Source: Snowella sp.
Lineage (GTDB): Bacteria > Cyanobacteriota > Cyanobacteriia > Cyanobacteriales > Microcystaceae
Assembly: GCA_035285545.1 (NCBI GenBank)
Contig: JAYKGY010000012.1
Location: 1 to 60,746 of the forward strand
DNA: 60,746 bases
Direction: 5' to 3'
Shown here: in pieces, positions 42,195 through 52,771 of the stretch
Layout: the number at the start of each line of letters is the position of its first letter
How positions within the stretch are numbered: position 1 is the first letter of the stretch
Program-made: the position numbers and the translations under genes
Notes under the pieces: model-generated
Seen by the model: the letters and a program-made list of their open reading frames with translations, nothing else
What the model was told of the DNA's origin: nothing
The model's database searches: none

Positions 42195-43433
42195 ATGGGA
42201 CAACAACGGCAACTGGGTTCAATTTTTGGGATTCCGTTTTATCTTGATTCTTCCTGGTTTTTAATCTTAGGTTTAGTTACCCTCGTCAATGCCAATCAAA
42301 TTAACGAGGAAATTCTTTTTGGAAATAGGCTCTGGTTAGGTTGGCTGTTGGGGTTAATCCTGGCCTTAGGTCTCTTTGGGTCAGTGTTGCTGCATGAGTT
42401 GGGGCATAGTCTGGTCGCCCGTTCCCAAGGGATTAAGGTTAATTCCATCACTCTATTTCTGTTTGGTGGAGTGGCTTCGATTGAACGGGAATCTACAACC
42501 CCTGTTGGGTCTCTTTGGGTCGCGATCGCGGGGCCATTGGTCAGTTTTGCGTTAGCGGGATTATTTTCTATTTTAGGGACACTATTGCCTAATTCTGAGC
42601 TTTGGGTGCATTTTTCCGATGACTTAGGGAATATTAACTTTTTTTTAGGCGTATTTAACTTAATTCCTGGGTTGCCCTTAGATGGGGGACAGGTTTTAAA
42701 GTCGGTAATCTGGAAGGCAACGGGTGATCGCTTAGTGGGAATGCGTTGGGCGGCAAGAAGTGGCAAGGCTCTGGGGATTGTCGGATTTGGATTGGGATTA
42801 TTGTTGATGTTAACCTTTGGCAATTTTGGAGGAGCCTGGTTAGCCCTGATTGGGTGGTTTGTCTGGAAAAATGCCAGTGCCTATGATCGGTTGGCGGACT
42901 TACAAACCAGTTTGTTAACCCTAAAAGCCGTCGATGTCATGACTAGGGATTTTCGGGTGATTGATGCAAACTTGACACTCAAGGATTTTGCCCAAACCTA
43001 CCTTTTAAGTCATGATGGGTTGAATTTTCCCTACTATGCTGCTTCGGAGGGGCGTTATCGTGGTCTAATTCGTCCAGAAAAGTTACAGGAAATTGAACGT
43101 AGTCAATGGGATCACCTCACTCTCAATGATATTGCCGAAGCACTTACTGATATTCCCACTGTGGCTGAAACGACATCCCTTGCTACCGTTGTTAATCAAT
43201 TAGAAGGTTATGGAGGACAACCCGCCGAACGTTTTTTAACAGTTTTGTCCCCCGCAGACGCGATCGCTGGTGTCATTGATCGAGGTGATATCGTTAAAGT
43301 CCTGACCCTGAAACACCGCTTACCCATTTCTGATACGGAAATTCAACGCACCAAAACCGAGTTTACCTATCCCAATGCTTTCGCGATCGCCTCCTTAGCT
43401 AAAAATTTAACCCCTCAGGAACTCACTCAATAA
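42195..43433 (+). CDS. Site-2 protease (M50) with CBS domains
   Basis: HELGH, AIAGP, FNLIPGLPLDGG; C-terminal CBS-like pair. Confidence 0.9.
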   Translation: MGQQRQLGSIFGIPFYLDSSWFLILGLVTLVNANQINEEILFGNRLWLGWLLGLILALGLFGSVLLHELGHSLVARSQGIKVNSITLFLFGGVASIERESTTPVGSLWVAIAGPLVSFALAGLFSILGTLLPNSELWVHFSDDLGNINFFLGVFNLIPGLPLDGGQVLKSVIWKATGDRLVGMRWAARSGKALGIVGFGLGLLLMLTFGNFGGAWLALIGWFVWKNASAYDRLADLQTSLLTLKAVDVMTRDFRVIDANLTLKDFAQTYLLSHDGLNFPYYAASEGRYRGLIRPEKLQEIERSQWDHLTLNDIAEALTDIPTVAETTSLATVVNQLEGYGGQPAERFLTVLSPADAIAGVIDRGDIVKVLTLKHRLPISDTEIQRTKTEFTYPNAFAIASLAKNLTPQELTQ

Positions 43434-43536
43434 GCTGTTGCTCAGAAAAATAGAAATAAAATAATAGAAGCTAAACAAAGCCTGTTCAACTTCTACTCAA
43501 AAAGCAATTTCAAAAATTTTGAATGAATAAAATAAT

Positions 43537-44046
43537 TTAAACTGAAACTTCGCTGACTTCACGAGTCAAATGATCAAACGGCGCATCAATAAAATCCGTA
43601 TTGACCATTCCAGCTTCGGTTGCCAGATCCTTAACCAGTTCTTTCATGATTTGGATACCGCGAACCGTCGGGCCAATGGGAACGCCTAAGGAGTTGTAGG
43701 TTTCCCGCAATCCATATAAAACTCTCTCATCTAAAACGTTGTTATCCCCAGCAACCAAGGCATAGCTCGCATAACGGAGATAATAGTCCATATCCCGTAA
43801 ACAAGCCGAAAAACGACGGGTTGTATAGGCATTACCGCTAGGGCGAATTAATTCGGGAACTTCTTCAAATAATAAAGCGGCTGCTTTTTTAACAATTGTC
43901 GAAGAATTGGCATTGATCAAGCTGGCTGCTGCAATTCGAGCCGTACCCGATTCAAAATAAGCTTTTAAAGAATCCATTGCGTTACGGTCTAGGTAACGGC
44001 CAGTAACATCATAGTTTTTAATTAAGGTCGTAACCGCGTCTCTCAT
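43537..44046 (-). CDS. apcF: Allophycocyanin beta-18 subunit
   Basis: MRDAVTTLIKNYDVTGRYLD, NAYTTRRFSACLRDMDYYLRY; 169 aa, monocistronic. Confidence 0.95.
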   Translation of the reverse strand: MRDAVTTLIKNYDVTGRYLDRNAMDSLKAYFESGTARIAAASLINANSSTIVKKAAALLFEEVPELIRPSGNAYTTRRFSACLRDMDYYLRYASYALVAGDNNVLDERVLYGLRETYNSLGVPIGPTVRGIQIMKELVKDLATEAGMVNTDFIDAPFDHLTREVSEVSV

Positions 44047-44167
44047 TAAATTGTTCTCCTAACAGCAATTTGGGTGTGGCTTACCCAGAAGCCGAAATTT
44101 TGTTTATTTTAATATGATCAATTTCCCGTGAACTCAAGTCAAGTATCCTGAGCCACGATGACACAAA

Positions 44168-44185
44168 ACTATAAAGTATTGTAAA
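44168..44185 (-). promoter_or_regulatory. HLR1 (RpaB)-like direct repeat upstream of apcF
   Basis: Minus strand TTTACAAT-AC-TTTATAGT: two octamers with a 2-bp spacer. Confidence 0.4.
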
Positions 44186-44243
44186 CAGGCTTCACTCAAA
44201 AAGCTTTATCTCTAACCAAGTATAGTAAACATCAAAATTGTTT

Positions 44244-44468
44244 CTATCTTCCCTTAAGGAATTCCTCTAGTGTCAGGTTAATATCACTGGCAATCGTTCG
44301 TAATAACGTGGGTGAAATATCACGTCCTTTATGGCAAGGAACCGTTGTTCCACGACCATCCTCATGACGGAACTGTTTATGGGAACCTCGCTGACGAACT
44401 TCTACAAATCCTAGCTTTTCTAAAATGCGGATGACTTCTTGCGGCTTGAGAACAGGAATTTTGCTCAT
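44244..44468 (-). CDS. hicA: HicA family toxin
   Basis: LEKLGFVEVRQRGSHKQFRH...TTVPCHKGRDI. Start moved to ATG at 44468. Confidence 0.9.
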   Translation of the reverse strand: MSKIPVLKPQEVIRILEKLGFVEVRQRGSHKQFRHEDGRGTTVPCHKGRDISPTLLRTIASDINLTLEEFLKGR

Positions 44469-44469
44469 A

Positions 44470-44694
44470 TCAGGCGATCGCGATTTGCTGAGTCCCAATA
44501 AACTCTCGTTCTAAAAAAATTTCTTGATCCTCTAATAACATTTCAATCACCTCACGCAAATTTTGCCGTAATTCGTCTAAAGTTTCTCCCTGGGAATGTG
44601 CCCCTGGAAATCCAGGAACATAACCCACATAAAGACTAGTTTCTCGATCTTGTTCAATCACGGCGGTAAAAAGTTTCATGCTTAATTGCCTCAA
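44470..44694 (-). CDS. hicB: HicB family antitoxin (short, no DNA-binding domain)
   Basis: YVGYVPGFPGAHSQGETLDELRQNLREVI. Confidence 0.9.
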   Translation of the reverse strand: MRQLSMKLFTAVIEQDRETSLYVGYVPGFPGAHSQGETLDELRQNLREVIEMLLEDQEIFLEREFIGTQQIAIA

Positions 44695-44716
44695 AACAAA
44701 AAATTAAAGCTTTCTT

Positions 44717-47308
44717 TTAGTTAGCGACAAAATTGACTAATTTACCAGGGACAACAATCACTTTTTTAATTTCCTTACCCGTTAGATGTTTTTGGAAAAT
44801 GTCGGAATTGCGAGCATGGGTTTCGAGTTCTTCTTTGGTGGCACTGGCGGGAACCTGAATCGTGCCTCTGGTTTTACCCATCACTTGAATAACTAAGGTG
44901 ATTTCATCTACCACTAAGGCGTTGGGATCAGATTTTAACCAGGTTTGCTGATGGACAGAAGATTGATGACCCAAGTAATGCCATAACTCTTCACTGATAT
45001 GGGGAGCAAAGGGCGCGAGCAGAATTAATAACGCTTCAATTCCTTCTTGATAAATGGGAGACTCAAAACAATTTGCCGCAGTTAAAGCATTGCTGAGCTT
45101 CATTAACTCCGAAATCGCCGTATTAAATTGATAGTCTCCGTCTAAATCTTCCGAAACGTCTTTGATCGCTTGGTGAACGGCTCGGCGTAGATCTTTTTCA
45201 ACTTTCGTTTTAGGGGTTTGAATGGTTGCAGGGTTAATGGGTTTAGTTTTTTGACCTGTTTTTTCGCTGTATTCGGTGACTAATCGCCAAACACGGTTTA
45301 AGAAACGAAATTGACCTTCTACGTCTGCATCATCCCATTCTAAATCTTTTTCGGGAGGGGCTTTAAAGAGAATAAACATCCTGGCGGTGTCGGCTCCGTA
45401 TTTACCTAAAACCTGTTGGGGATCAACGCCATTAAACTTGGATTTAGACATTTTTTCATAGAAAAACTCTAATTTTTCTCCCGTTTCAGGATCAATATAA
45501 AGTTTTTCGCCTTTTCCTATCCTGACTTTTTCTGAAGGAACATACTTACCCGTTTTCGGGTTTTTATAAGTTAAGCCCTGTACCATGCCCTGGGTTAATA
45601 ATTTGTTAAAAGGTTCATCCACATTCACTAAGCCGCGATCGCGTAAGACCTTGGTAAAGAAACGGGAATACAGTAAGTGCAAAATAGCGTGTTCAATGCC
45701 CCCCACATATTGATCCACCCCCATCCAACTATTCACCTTATCGAGGTTGAAGGCTTCTTGGGCATTTTGAGCATCGGTATAACGCAGGAAATACCAGGAC
45801 GAATCAATGAAAGTATCCATCGTGTCCGTTTCCCGTTTAGCAGGTTCCCCACAACTAGGGCAAGGCACATTGATCCAATCATCTAATTGGGCTAGAGGCG
45901 ACGGGCCACGACCGCTAAATTTGACGTTATCGGGTAATTTAACGGGTAAATCCTGATCAGGAACAGGCACAGTTCCACAGCTAGGGCAATGAATGACCGG
46001 AATGGGACAACCCCAATAACGTTGACGAGAGATCAGCCAATCCCGTAAACGATACTGAATCCGTGCTTTACCATAACCCTGATCTTCAGCGTATTTAACA
46101 ATTTCCGTTTTACCCTGAATCGAATCCATCCCTGTAAATTGGGAAGAATTAACCATCACCCCTGGTTCGGTATAGGCCGCCTGCAATTCGATGTCTGCAT
46201 TATCCGCATCATCGGGAACGATTACGACCTTAATGGGTAACTGATTTTCCTTGGCAAATTTAAAATCCCGTACATCATGGGCAGGAACCCCCATCACCGC
46301 TCCTGTTCCATACTCATATAAAACATAGTCTGCAATTAAAATGGGAATTTCTTCTCCTGTAAAAGGATTAACCGCAATGCCGCCTGTTTTAATGCCGCGT
46401 TTTGGTTTATCTTCTGCCGTTCTTTCGATCTCACTTTGATTGCCCACCTCTTTGATAAAGGCTTCTACGGCTTCTCGGCGATCGCTGCTGGTTACTTGCA
46501 AAGTTAAAGGATGCTCAGGAGCTAAGACCACATAGGTTACGCCATAAACCGTGTCGGGACGAGTAGTAAATACCGCAATCTTTTCCGTACTACCTTGAAT
46601 GGGAAATTCTAAATAGGCCCCGACGGATTTGCCAATCCAATTGGCTTGCATGGTTCTAACCCGTTCAGGCCAACCCGACAATTTATCTAAATCATTCAGT
46701 AATTGCTCGGCATAGTCGGTGATTTTTAAAAACCATTGCCGTAATAATTTGCGCTCTACAATAGCACCCGATCGCCAGGATTTTCCCTCACTATCGACCT
46801 GTTCATTGGCCAACACAGTTTGATCAATGGGATCCCAATTCACCGCTGCTTCTTTTTGGTAGGCTAACCCCGCTTCATAAAACTGTAAAAATAACCATTG
46901 CGTCCAACGGTAATAATCGGGTGAACAGGTTGCCACTTCCCGATCCCAATCAATCGATAAGCCCAATTGTTGGAGTTGTTGCTTCATCTGGGCCATATTT
47001 TGATACGTCCATTCGGCGGGCGGAATTCCCCGATCAATGGCGGCATTTTCTGCGGGTAAACCAAACGCATCCCAGCCCATTGGATGTAATACCCGATAGC
47101 CCTGCATTCGTTTGAGACGAGCGATCACATCGGTAATCGTATAGTTGCGGACATGGCCCATGTGGAGACTACCAGAGGGATAGGGAAACATGGAAAGCGC
47201 GTAAAATTTCGGTCGGTTAGCATCTTCTGGGGGTTGGTCTAAGCCCATCTCAGTCCAAGTTTGTTGCCATTTTTGTTCAATTTCAGCAGGGTTATAGGCA
47301 GCTACCAC
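44717..47308 (-). CDS. leuS: Leucine--tRNA ligase
   Basis: [37 protein letters not shown]. Confidence 0.98.
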   Translation of the reverse strand: MVAAYNPAEIEQKWQQTWTEMGLDQPPEDANRPKFYALSMFPYPSGSLHMGHVRNYTITDVIARLKRMQGYRVLHPMGWDAFGLPAENAAIDRGIPPAEWTYQNMAQMKQQLQQLGLSIDWDREVATCSPDYYRWTQWLFLQFYEAGLAYQKEAAVNWDPIDQTVLANEQVDSEGKSWRSGAIVERKLLRQWFLKITDYAEQLLNDLDKLSGWPERVRTMQANWIGKSVGAYLEFPIQGSTEKIAVFTTRPDTVYGVTYVVLAPEHPLTLQVTSSDRREAVEAFIKEVGNQSEIERTAEDKPKRGIKTGGIAVNPFTGEEIPILIADYVLYEYGTGAVMGVPAHDVRDFKFAKENQLPIKVVIVPDDADNADIELQAAYTEPGVMVNSSQFTGMDSIQGKTEIVKYAEDQGYGKARIQYRLRDWLISRQRYWGCPIPVIHCPSCGTVPVPDQDLPVKLPDNVKFSGRGPSPLAQLDDWINVPCPSCGEPAKRETDTMDTFIDSSWYFLRYTDAQNAQEAFNLDKVNSWMGVDQYVGGIEHAILHLLYSRFFTKVLRDRGLVNVDEPFNKLLTQGMVQGLTYKNPKTGKYVPSEKVRIGKGEKLYIDPETGEKLEFFYEKMSKSKFNGVDPQQVLGKYGADTARMFILFKAPPEKDLEWDDADVEGQFRFLNRVWRLVTEYSEKTGQKTKPINPATIQTPKTKVEKDLRRAVHQAIKDVSEDLDGDYQFNTAISELMKLSNALTAANCFESPIYQEGIEALLILLAPFAPHISEELWHYLGHQSSVHQQTWLKSDPNALVVDEITLVIQVMGKTRGTIQVPASATKEELETHARNSDIFQKHLTGKEIKKVIVVPGKLVNFVAN

Positions 47309-47432
47309 GACAGAATTTTCTCCTCTGGGATAAAGGGTGGGATTATTATTCGTTAAAAGACAGTCTTTTATCAGAATACAGGAACGAGTGATCAGGCTTC
47401 AAGGCTTGATAAATCTATACCCTCGGTTGTAT

Positions 47433-48188
47433 TTAAGCGGGTAGAAAGTTTTGCTGCTTCAGAATTTTCGTTAAATCCATTGCACTTTCTAACAGGCAAG
47501 CATGACCACTTTGGGGTAGAACTTCTAATTGGGCTTGGGGAAATAGACTTTGTAAGCGTTGCCCTTCTTCAACGGACGATAAAAGCCGATCCGCTGCACT
47601 CGCAATAATTAAAGCAGGGCTGGTGAATTGCTTAAATTGGAAGGGTTCAATAAAAAAATCATAGAGTAACGACAATCGCCAACAAACAACCGCTTGGGGT
47701 AAGGTTCGCATGGCTTGTAATAATTCACGGCGATCGCAGGCTTCCACTCGACCTAAAGACGCTAAAAACGGTAACAACCCCAACGCAGAGGTATGGTGTA
47801 CCAGTTCGGGCAACCAATGGCTGATGGAAATCCCAAAACTGAGCCACGAAGATTGACGCAAAGAAGAAGCCGGATTCACCAAAATTAGCTTATTAATCAT
47901 TTCAGGTGTTTTAAGGGCAATCTTGAGCGCTAAACATCCCCCAAAAGACTCTCCACAAAGATAAACGGATTTTCGTTGTACTTCAGATTTAATGACTGCA
48001 ATAACCCCCTGAGCTAATTCATCCCAAGTGCTCATATCGGTTGGGGGCAGAGCCAAGGAATAAAGGTTAAAAAAGTCAGATAGAGACTTACTTTGACGAT
48101 GGATTAATTTTCCTGTGCCATCCATACCAGGCAAATAAATTAAAGCCGGTAATTCGGGACGTAGGGGGGAACAATTCAATAATTTCAT
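47433..48188 (-). CDS. Alpha/beta hydrolase
   Basis: LPGMDGTG, nucleophile elbow GESFG, SGHACLLE. Confidence 0.88.
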   Translation of the reverse strand: MKLLNCSPLRPELPALIYLPGMDGTGKLIHRQSKSLSDFFNLYSLALPPTDMSTWDELAQGVIAVIKSEVQRKSVYLCGESFGGCLALKIALKTPEMINKLILVNPASSLRQSSWLSFGISISHWLPELVHHTSALGLLPFLASLGRVEACDRRELLQAMRTLPQAVVCWRLSLLYDFFIEPFQFKQFTSPALIIASAADRLLSSVEEGQRLQSLFPQAQLEVLPQSGHACLLESAMDLTKILKQQNFLPA

Positions 48189-48354
48189 TCAGGTTTTAGT
48201 GGGACTTCATCGATTTCAATCTAGGCGAACAGCTTACCTATTTCAACAAATCGGCTCGATTTCTTCTTGCAATACTTTGTGGCATTATTTATTAGTCTAA
48301 CGCATCAAAGTTCGCTAATTTAGGTGAGAGAGCCTACGACTTCAGGGGTGGCAG

Positions 48355-49710
48355 TTGAGTATGTCTTTAGAATATGACTTAGTAATTATTGGAGCGAGTC
48401 TAGAAGGTATTTATGCTGCCGAGCAGGCCATTCAAACCAATAAACGCATTGCCCTCGTGGATCAAGGATTATCAACTCCCTCACTCCAACATCAATTTGT
48501 CCTTGGTCAGCTTACTCAATTCATCCATCACTATCGCGATCTACAAGCCCTCAATTATTTTGACCAGCCCCTACCGTCTCAGCGATTTTTACAAGTTACT
48601 CAGCAGTTAACCCCACATCATTATTACCGTGAGTTGGCAGCCGAAAAGTTAGCCAATTTAGCTGCTTTAGGGGTAGATGTGCTGTTAGAGAGCGGCAGTT
48701 TTACCAATTCACCCTATCTCGGTTTTGTGGTGGATAATCGTCATCTGCGATCGCGGGCCTATCTGTTAGCCACAGGTTCGAGCATTCGGGAGCCTAACAT
48801 TCCAGAATTGAAGGAAATCAGTTACTTAACCCCAGAAACTTTTGATAAAGCCCAATTTAAAGAGTCACCACAAACCTGGACAATTATCGGTGCAACCCCA
48901 ACGAGTATCCCTATTGCCCAATACTTAGCAAGTTTAGATCAAAACGTTATTTTACTCACTCAAAATGCTCATATTCTGCCCCAGGAAGATTCTAAAATTG
49001 CCCATCTTTTGCAGGCTCACCTGGAAGCAATGGGAATCCAAATTATTCCTCAAGCTTCTATTCAATCCGTTAAAAAAGTTAATCAAAAAACGGCGATCGC
49101 GTTATCGAATCAAATCCTAGAAACAGATAAAGTTTTATTAGCGACCGGCTATCAACCCCAAGTTGAAAATTTAAATTTAGAAAAAATTCAAGTTAATTAT
49201 AATCATCACAGAATTTTAACTAATCATTATTTACAAACAACCCATCTTAAAATTTATGCTTGTGGAAATCTTCTAGGTGGTTATTCTATTCCTGACATTG
49301 CAAAATATGAAGCAAGAATAGCCGTAAATAACACCCTCTTCTCTCGAAAAATCAAATTAAATTACCCATCGGTTCCCTATCAATTTTTAACCTATCCTCA
49401 TTTTGCTAGAATAGGACTAAACGAGAAACACGCCCAACAGCAGGATATTGACGTTCGAGTGATTACGTTGTATCTCAACTATTCAAATAATCCTCTTTTA
49501 TTAAATGAAATCAAAACATTATGCAAATTAGTAATTGATACTCAAAAAAGAATTTTAGGCGTTGATATTTTCGGTTCTAATACAGACGAATTAATGACTT
49601 TTTTCAGCCTAGCCATTCAACAAAGTCTTAAATTAAACGAGCTAATCGCTATTCATCCTTCTTCACCTGTTATTTCAACACTTCTACAGGCTTTAATTGG
49701 TAGGATGTAA
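48355..49710 (+). CDS. Pyridine nucleotide-disulfide oxidoreductase family protein (MerA/E3-like, degenerate)
   Basis: YDLVIIGA, YLLATGS, VLLATG, QTT...IYACG, C-terminal IHP; the redox CxxxxC is absent. Confidence 0.8.
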   Translation: MSMSLEYDLVIIGASLEGIYAAEQAIQTNKRIALVDQGLSTPSLQHQFVLGQLTQFIHHYRDLQALNYFDQPLPSQRFLQVTQQLTPHHYYRELAAEKLANLAALGVDVLLESGSFTNSPYLGFVVDNRHLRSRAYLLATGSSIREPNIPELKEISYLTPETFDKAQFKESPQTWTIIGATPTSIPIAQYLASLDQNVILLTQNAHILPQEDSKIAHLLQAHLEAMGIQIIPQASIQSVKKVNQKTAIALSNQILETDKVLLATGYQPQVENLNLEKIQVNYNHHRILTNHYLQTTHLKIYACGNLLGGYSIPDIAKYEARIAVNNTLFSRKIKLNYPSVPYQFLTYPHFARIGLNEKHAQQQDIDVRVITLYLNYSNNPLLLNEIKTLCKLVIDTQKRILGVDIFGSNTDELMTFFSLAIQQSLKLNELIAIHPSSPVISTLLQALIGRM

Positions 49711-49802
49711 ACGGTAAGTGATCAGAATTATAGGCATATTTCGTTAGAACTCTAAACCTTGCTATGATGGGTTTGAGCATTTTTGCCAAATTTTAAAAAC
49801 CT

Positions 49803-50447
49803 GTGAGCGATCGCGTTGTTATGCAGACTTCTGTAATTCCTTCCCTTTTGACCCTACCCACTCGGACAGCGACAGTCAGCCGCACGACGAAAGAAACCGA
49901 TGTGTTTGTTAGCCTCAATTTAGATGGTCAGGGAAAATGCAACGCCGCCACAGGTATCCCTTTCTTAGACCACATGCTCCATCAAATCTCCTCTCATGGG
50001 TTGATTGATCTCGAAGTCAGAGCCACAGGAGATATTGAAATTGACGATCATCACACCAATGAAGATGTCGGTATCACACTCGGTCAAGCTTTAGCCCAAG
50101 CTCTCGGCGATCGCAAAGGTATTGTTCGCTTTGGTCATTTTATTGCCCCCTTAGATGAAGCCTTAATTCAAGTTGCCTTAGATTTTTCGGGACGCCCCCA
50201 TCTAAGTTATGGCTTAACCATTCCTACAGAACGAGTCGGCACCTACGACACCCAATTAGTGCGTGAATTTTTCGTTGCCCTCGTCAATCACAGCCAAATG
50301 ACCCTACACATTCGGCAACTCGATGGTATTAACTCCCATCACATTATTGAAGCCACCTTTAAAGCCTTTGCCAGAGCCTCCCGCATGGCCCTAGAAATCG
50401 ATCCCCGTCGGGCAGATACCATTCCCAGTTCAAAAGGTGTTTTATAA
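49803..50447 (+). CDS. hisB: Imidazoleglycerol-phosphate dehydratase
   Basis: [35 protein letters not shown]. Confidence 0.97.
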   Translation: MSDRVVMQTSVIPSLLTLPTRTATVSRTTKETDVFVSLNLDGQGKCNAATGIPFLDHMLHQISSHGLIDLEVRATGDIEIDDHHTNEDVGITLGQALAQALGDRKGIVRFGHFIAPLDEALIQVALDFSGRPHLSYGLTIPTERVGTYDTQLVREFFVALVNHSQMTLHIRQLDGINSHHIIEATFKAFARASRMALEIDPRRADTIPSSKGVL

Positions 50448-50482
50448 TTTGTACATTTGTACAGTAGCTCAAACATAAACCC

Positions 50483-51826
50483 TTGAATCACAATCGACCT
50501 ATCGGCATTGATCTATTTGCTGGGGCTGGTGGCCTCAGTTTAGGCTTTGAGCAAGCTGGCTTTGATGTAGTGGCAGCAGTAGAAATTGATCCGATTCATG
50601 CCGCAGTCCATCACTTTAATTTTCCCAATTGCATTGTTATTCCTCAATCCGTTACTCAATTAACAGGTAAAAGCATTAGAAAAGCAGCTAGTATTGGCGA
50701 TCGCGCTATTGACATCGTATTTGGCGGCGCACCGTGTCAGGGTTTTTCTTTAATTGGGCAAAGAGCTTTTGATGATCCCAGAAATGGTCTGGTGAAAGAG
50801 TTTGTACGCTTAGTCAAAGAACTAGATGCGTCTTATTTTTTGTTTGAAAATGTAAAAGGATTAACCGTTGGCCGTCATCGTCAATTTTTAGAAGAGATTA
50901 TTACTGAATTTGCGGCTATTGGTTATCAAGTTAAACTTCCTTGGCAAGTTCTTAATGCCTCTGCCTATGGCATACCGCAAGACCGTGAGCGTTTGATATT
51001 GTTGGGAGCGAAAAAGGGATTAAAATTACCCGACTACCCTCAAGCTTTTACTCGTGCGGCAGGTAAAACTATTGCAAAAAATTTACCCATTGGCCCAACG
51101 TGCCAAGATGCTTTGGGAGATCTACCAGAAGCCGAAGAATATGATGATTTAATAGAACAGGATACAGTTTTTACTGATAAGTGGGGAAAACCTAGTTCTT
51201 ATGCCCACAAGATGCGCTGTTTAGACAAATCTGCATGGGAATTTGGCTATCCTCGGTATTGGGAACCAACATTATTAACGGCTAGTTTGCGAACCCTGCA
51301 TTCTGAAATTTCTCGCCGCCGTTTCGCTGATACGCCACCAGGAACAATTGAACCTATTTCTCGTTTTTTCCGATTGCCGAGTCAAGGTATTTCTAATACA
51401 CTTCGGGCGGGAACAGATGCTTCTCGTGGGGCTTTTACGAGTCCTCGTCCTATCCATTACGAAAAAGCTCGTTGTATTACTGTCCGTGAAATGGCGCGTT
51501 TACATGGTTTTCCTGATTGGTTCCGTTTTCATCAAACTAAATGGCATGGTGCGAGACAAATTGGGAATTCGGTTCCCCCTCCAATGGCACGAGCGATCGC
51601 CGCAGAAATTATTAAAGTATTAGAGATTATTCCCAGCCAGCCTCAGAAAAAACTATATTTAGGCGATACTCAATTGTTACAAATGATCATGTCTCAGGCC
51701 GCCCAATACTGGGAAATTCCCAATCCTATTGCTCAACGCGATCGCAAAAGCAACGTTAAGAGAAGAAAGCAATCGGACATTGAAAATATGATGTTGTCTA
51801 TGAAGAAAGAAAAAAATAATGGCTAA
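50483..51826 (+). CDS. DNA (cytosine-5)-methyltransferase, CGATCG-type (M.XorII/M.Ssp6803I-like) by sequence resemblance
   Basis: Motifs DLFAGAGG, GGAPCQGFS, FENVKG, PQDRERL, RQIGNSVPP; variable region TLRAGTDASRGAFTSPRPIH. The m5C call is firm; the specificity is inferred. Confidence 0.92.
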   Translation: MNHNRPIGIDLFAGAGGLSLGFEQAGFDVVAAVEIDPIHAAVHHFNFPNCIVIPQSVTQLTGKSIRKAASIGDRAIDIVFGGAPCQGFSLIGQRAFDDPRNGLVKEFVRLVKELDASYFLFENVKGLTVGRHRQFLEEIITEFAAIGYQVKLPWQVLNASAYGIPQDRERLILLGAKKGLKLPDYPQAFTRAAGKTIAKNLPIGPTCQDALGDLPEAEEYDDLIEQDTVFTDKWGKPSSYAHKMRCLDKSAWEFGYPRYWEPTLLTASLRTLHSEISRRRFADTPPGTIEPISRFFRLPSQGISNTLRAGTDASRGAFTSPRPIHYEKARCITVREMARLHGFPDWFRFHQTKWHGARQIGNSVPPPMARAIAAEIIKVLEIIPSQPQKKLYLGDTQLLQMIMSQAAQYWEIPNPIAQRDRKSNVKRRKQSDIENMMLSMKKEKNNG

Positions 51827-52628
51827 TTCGTCATCTAATCAAAATCGTTATCAGACGCTGATAGAGAAAATATTTCTAGATCGGTATGATAAATCAGCAA
51901 CAGAGTTAATATTTGAGCGAGAAGAGCTTGTCAGTGCAGCAGATGAACTGTCTATTAATTTGCCTAAAAATTTAGGGGATGTGATTTATTCAATTCGATA
52001 TAGAACATCAATGCCGCAAGCTGTAATTGACACGCAGCCAGAAGGTATGGAATGGATTATCGAAGGGGTCGGTCGTTCTATTTATGCCTTTAAACTGGTA
52101 AAAATCAATCGTATTATTCCTAATTCTGAATTGATTGCTATTAAAATTCCCGATGCTACCCCAGAAATTATTACTTCATACGCTCTGTCAGATGAGCAGG
52201 CGTTACTTGCAAAAGTCCGTTATAATCGCTTAATCGATATTTTCCTTGGATTAACTAGCTATTCATTACAAAATCATTTGCGTACTACTGTAAATGGTAT
52301 TGGACAAATTGAGATTGATGAAATTTATGTAGGGATTGATAAGCAAGGCTGTCAATATATTATTCCTGTTCAAGCTAAAGGCGGCAAAGATCAATTATCA
52401 GTCGTTCAAACTAAACAAGATCTGCTATGTTGTAGCGAAAAGTTTCCACAGCTTGTCTGTCGAGCGATATCTACTCAATTCATGACTGACAATCTTATTG
52501 CTTTATTTGAATTAACTGTGGAGGATAATCAAGTAAAAATTGTTGACGAAAAACACTATCGCTTAGTCTCTGGCGACGAAATTTTAGAATCAGATCTACA
52601 TCGCTACCGAACTTTTAGCGCACGCTAG
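51819..52628 (+). CDS. Putative type II restriction endonuclease
   Basis: Overlaps the methyltransferase by 8 nt; PD-(D/E)xK-like core EQALL...QIEIDEIYVG...IPVQAK. Confidence 0.75.
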   Translation: MANSSSNQNRYQTLIEKIFLDRYDKSATELIFEREELVSAADELSINLPKNLGDVIYSIRYRTSMPQAVIDTQPEGMEWIIEGVGRSIYAFKLVKINRIIPNSELIAIKIPDATPEIITSYALSDEQALLAKVRYNRLIDIFLGLTSYSLQNHLRTTVNGIGQIEIDEIYVGIDKQGCQYIIPVQAKGGKDQLSVVQTKQDLLCCSEKFPQLVCRAISTQFMTDNLIALFELTVEDNQVKIVDEKHYRLVSGDEILESDLHRYRTFSAR

Positions 52629-52630
52629 TT

Positions 52631-52771
52631 TATTTTGGTAATCGACGGCTTTTACAAATGTTCATGTCTGAAGCCGTGCAATACTGGGGTGTAACGAATC
52701 CCATTGCCAAACGCGATCGCAAAAGTGGAGTGACCAAACGAAAACAAAGTGAAATTGAAGATCTACATTGA
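52631..52771 (+). pseudogene. Orphaned second copy of the methyltransferase C-terminus
   Basis: Reads YFGNRRLLQMFMSEAVQYWGVTNPIAKRDRKSGVTKRKQSEIEDLH*; 28/45 identical and ungapped versus the MTase segment starting at 51656. Confidence 0.9.
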
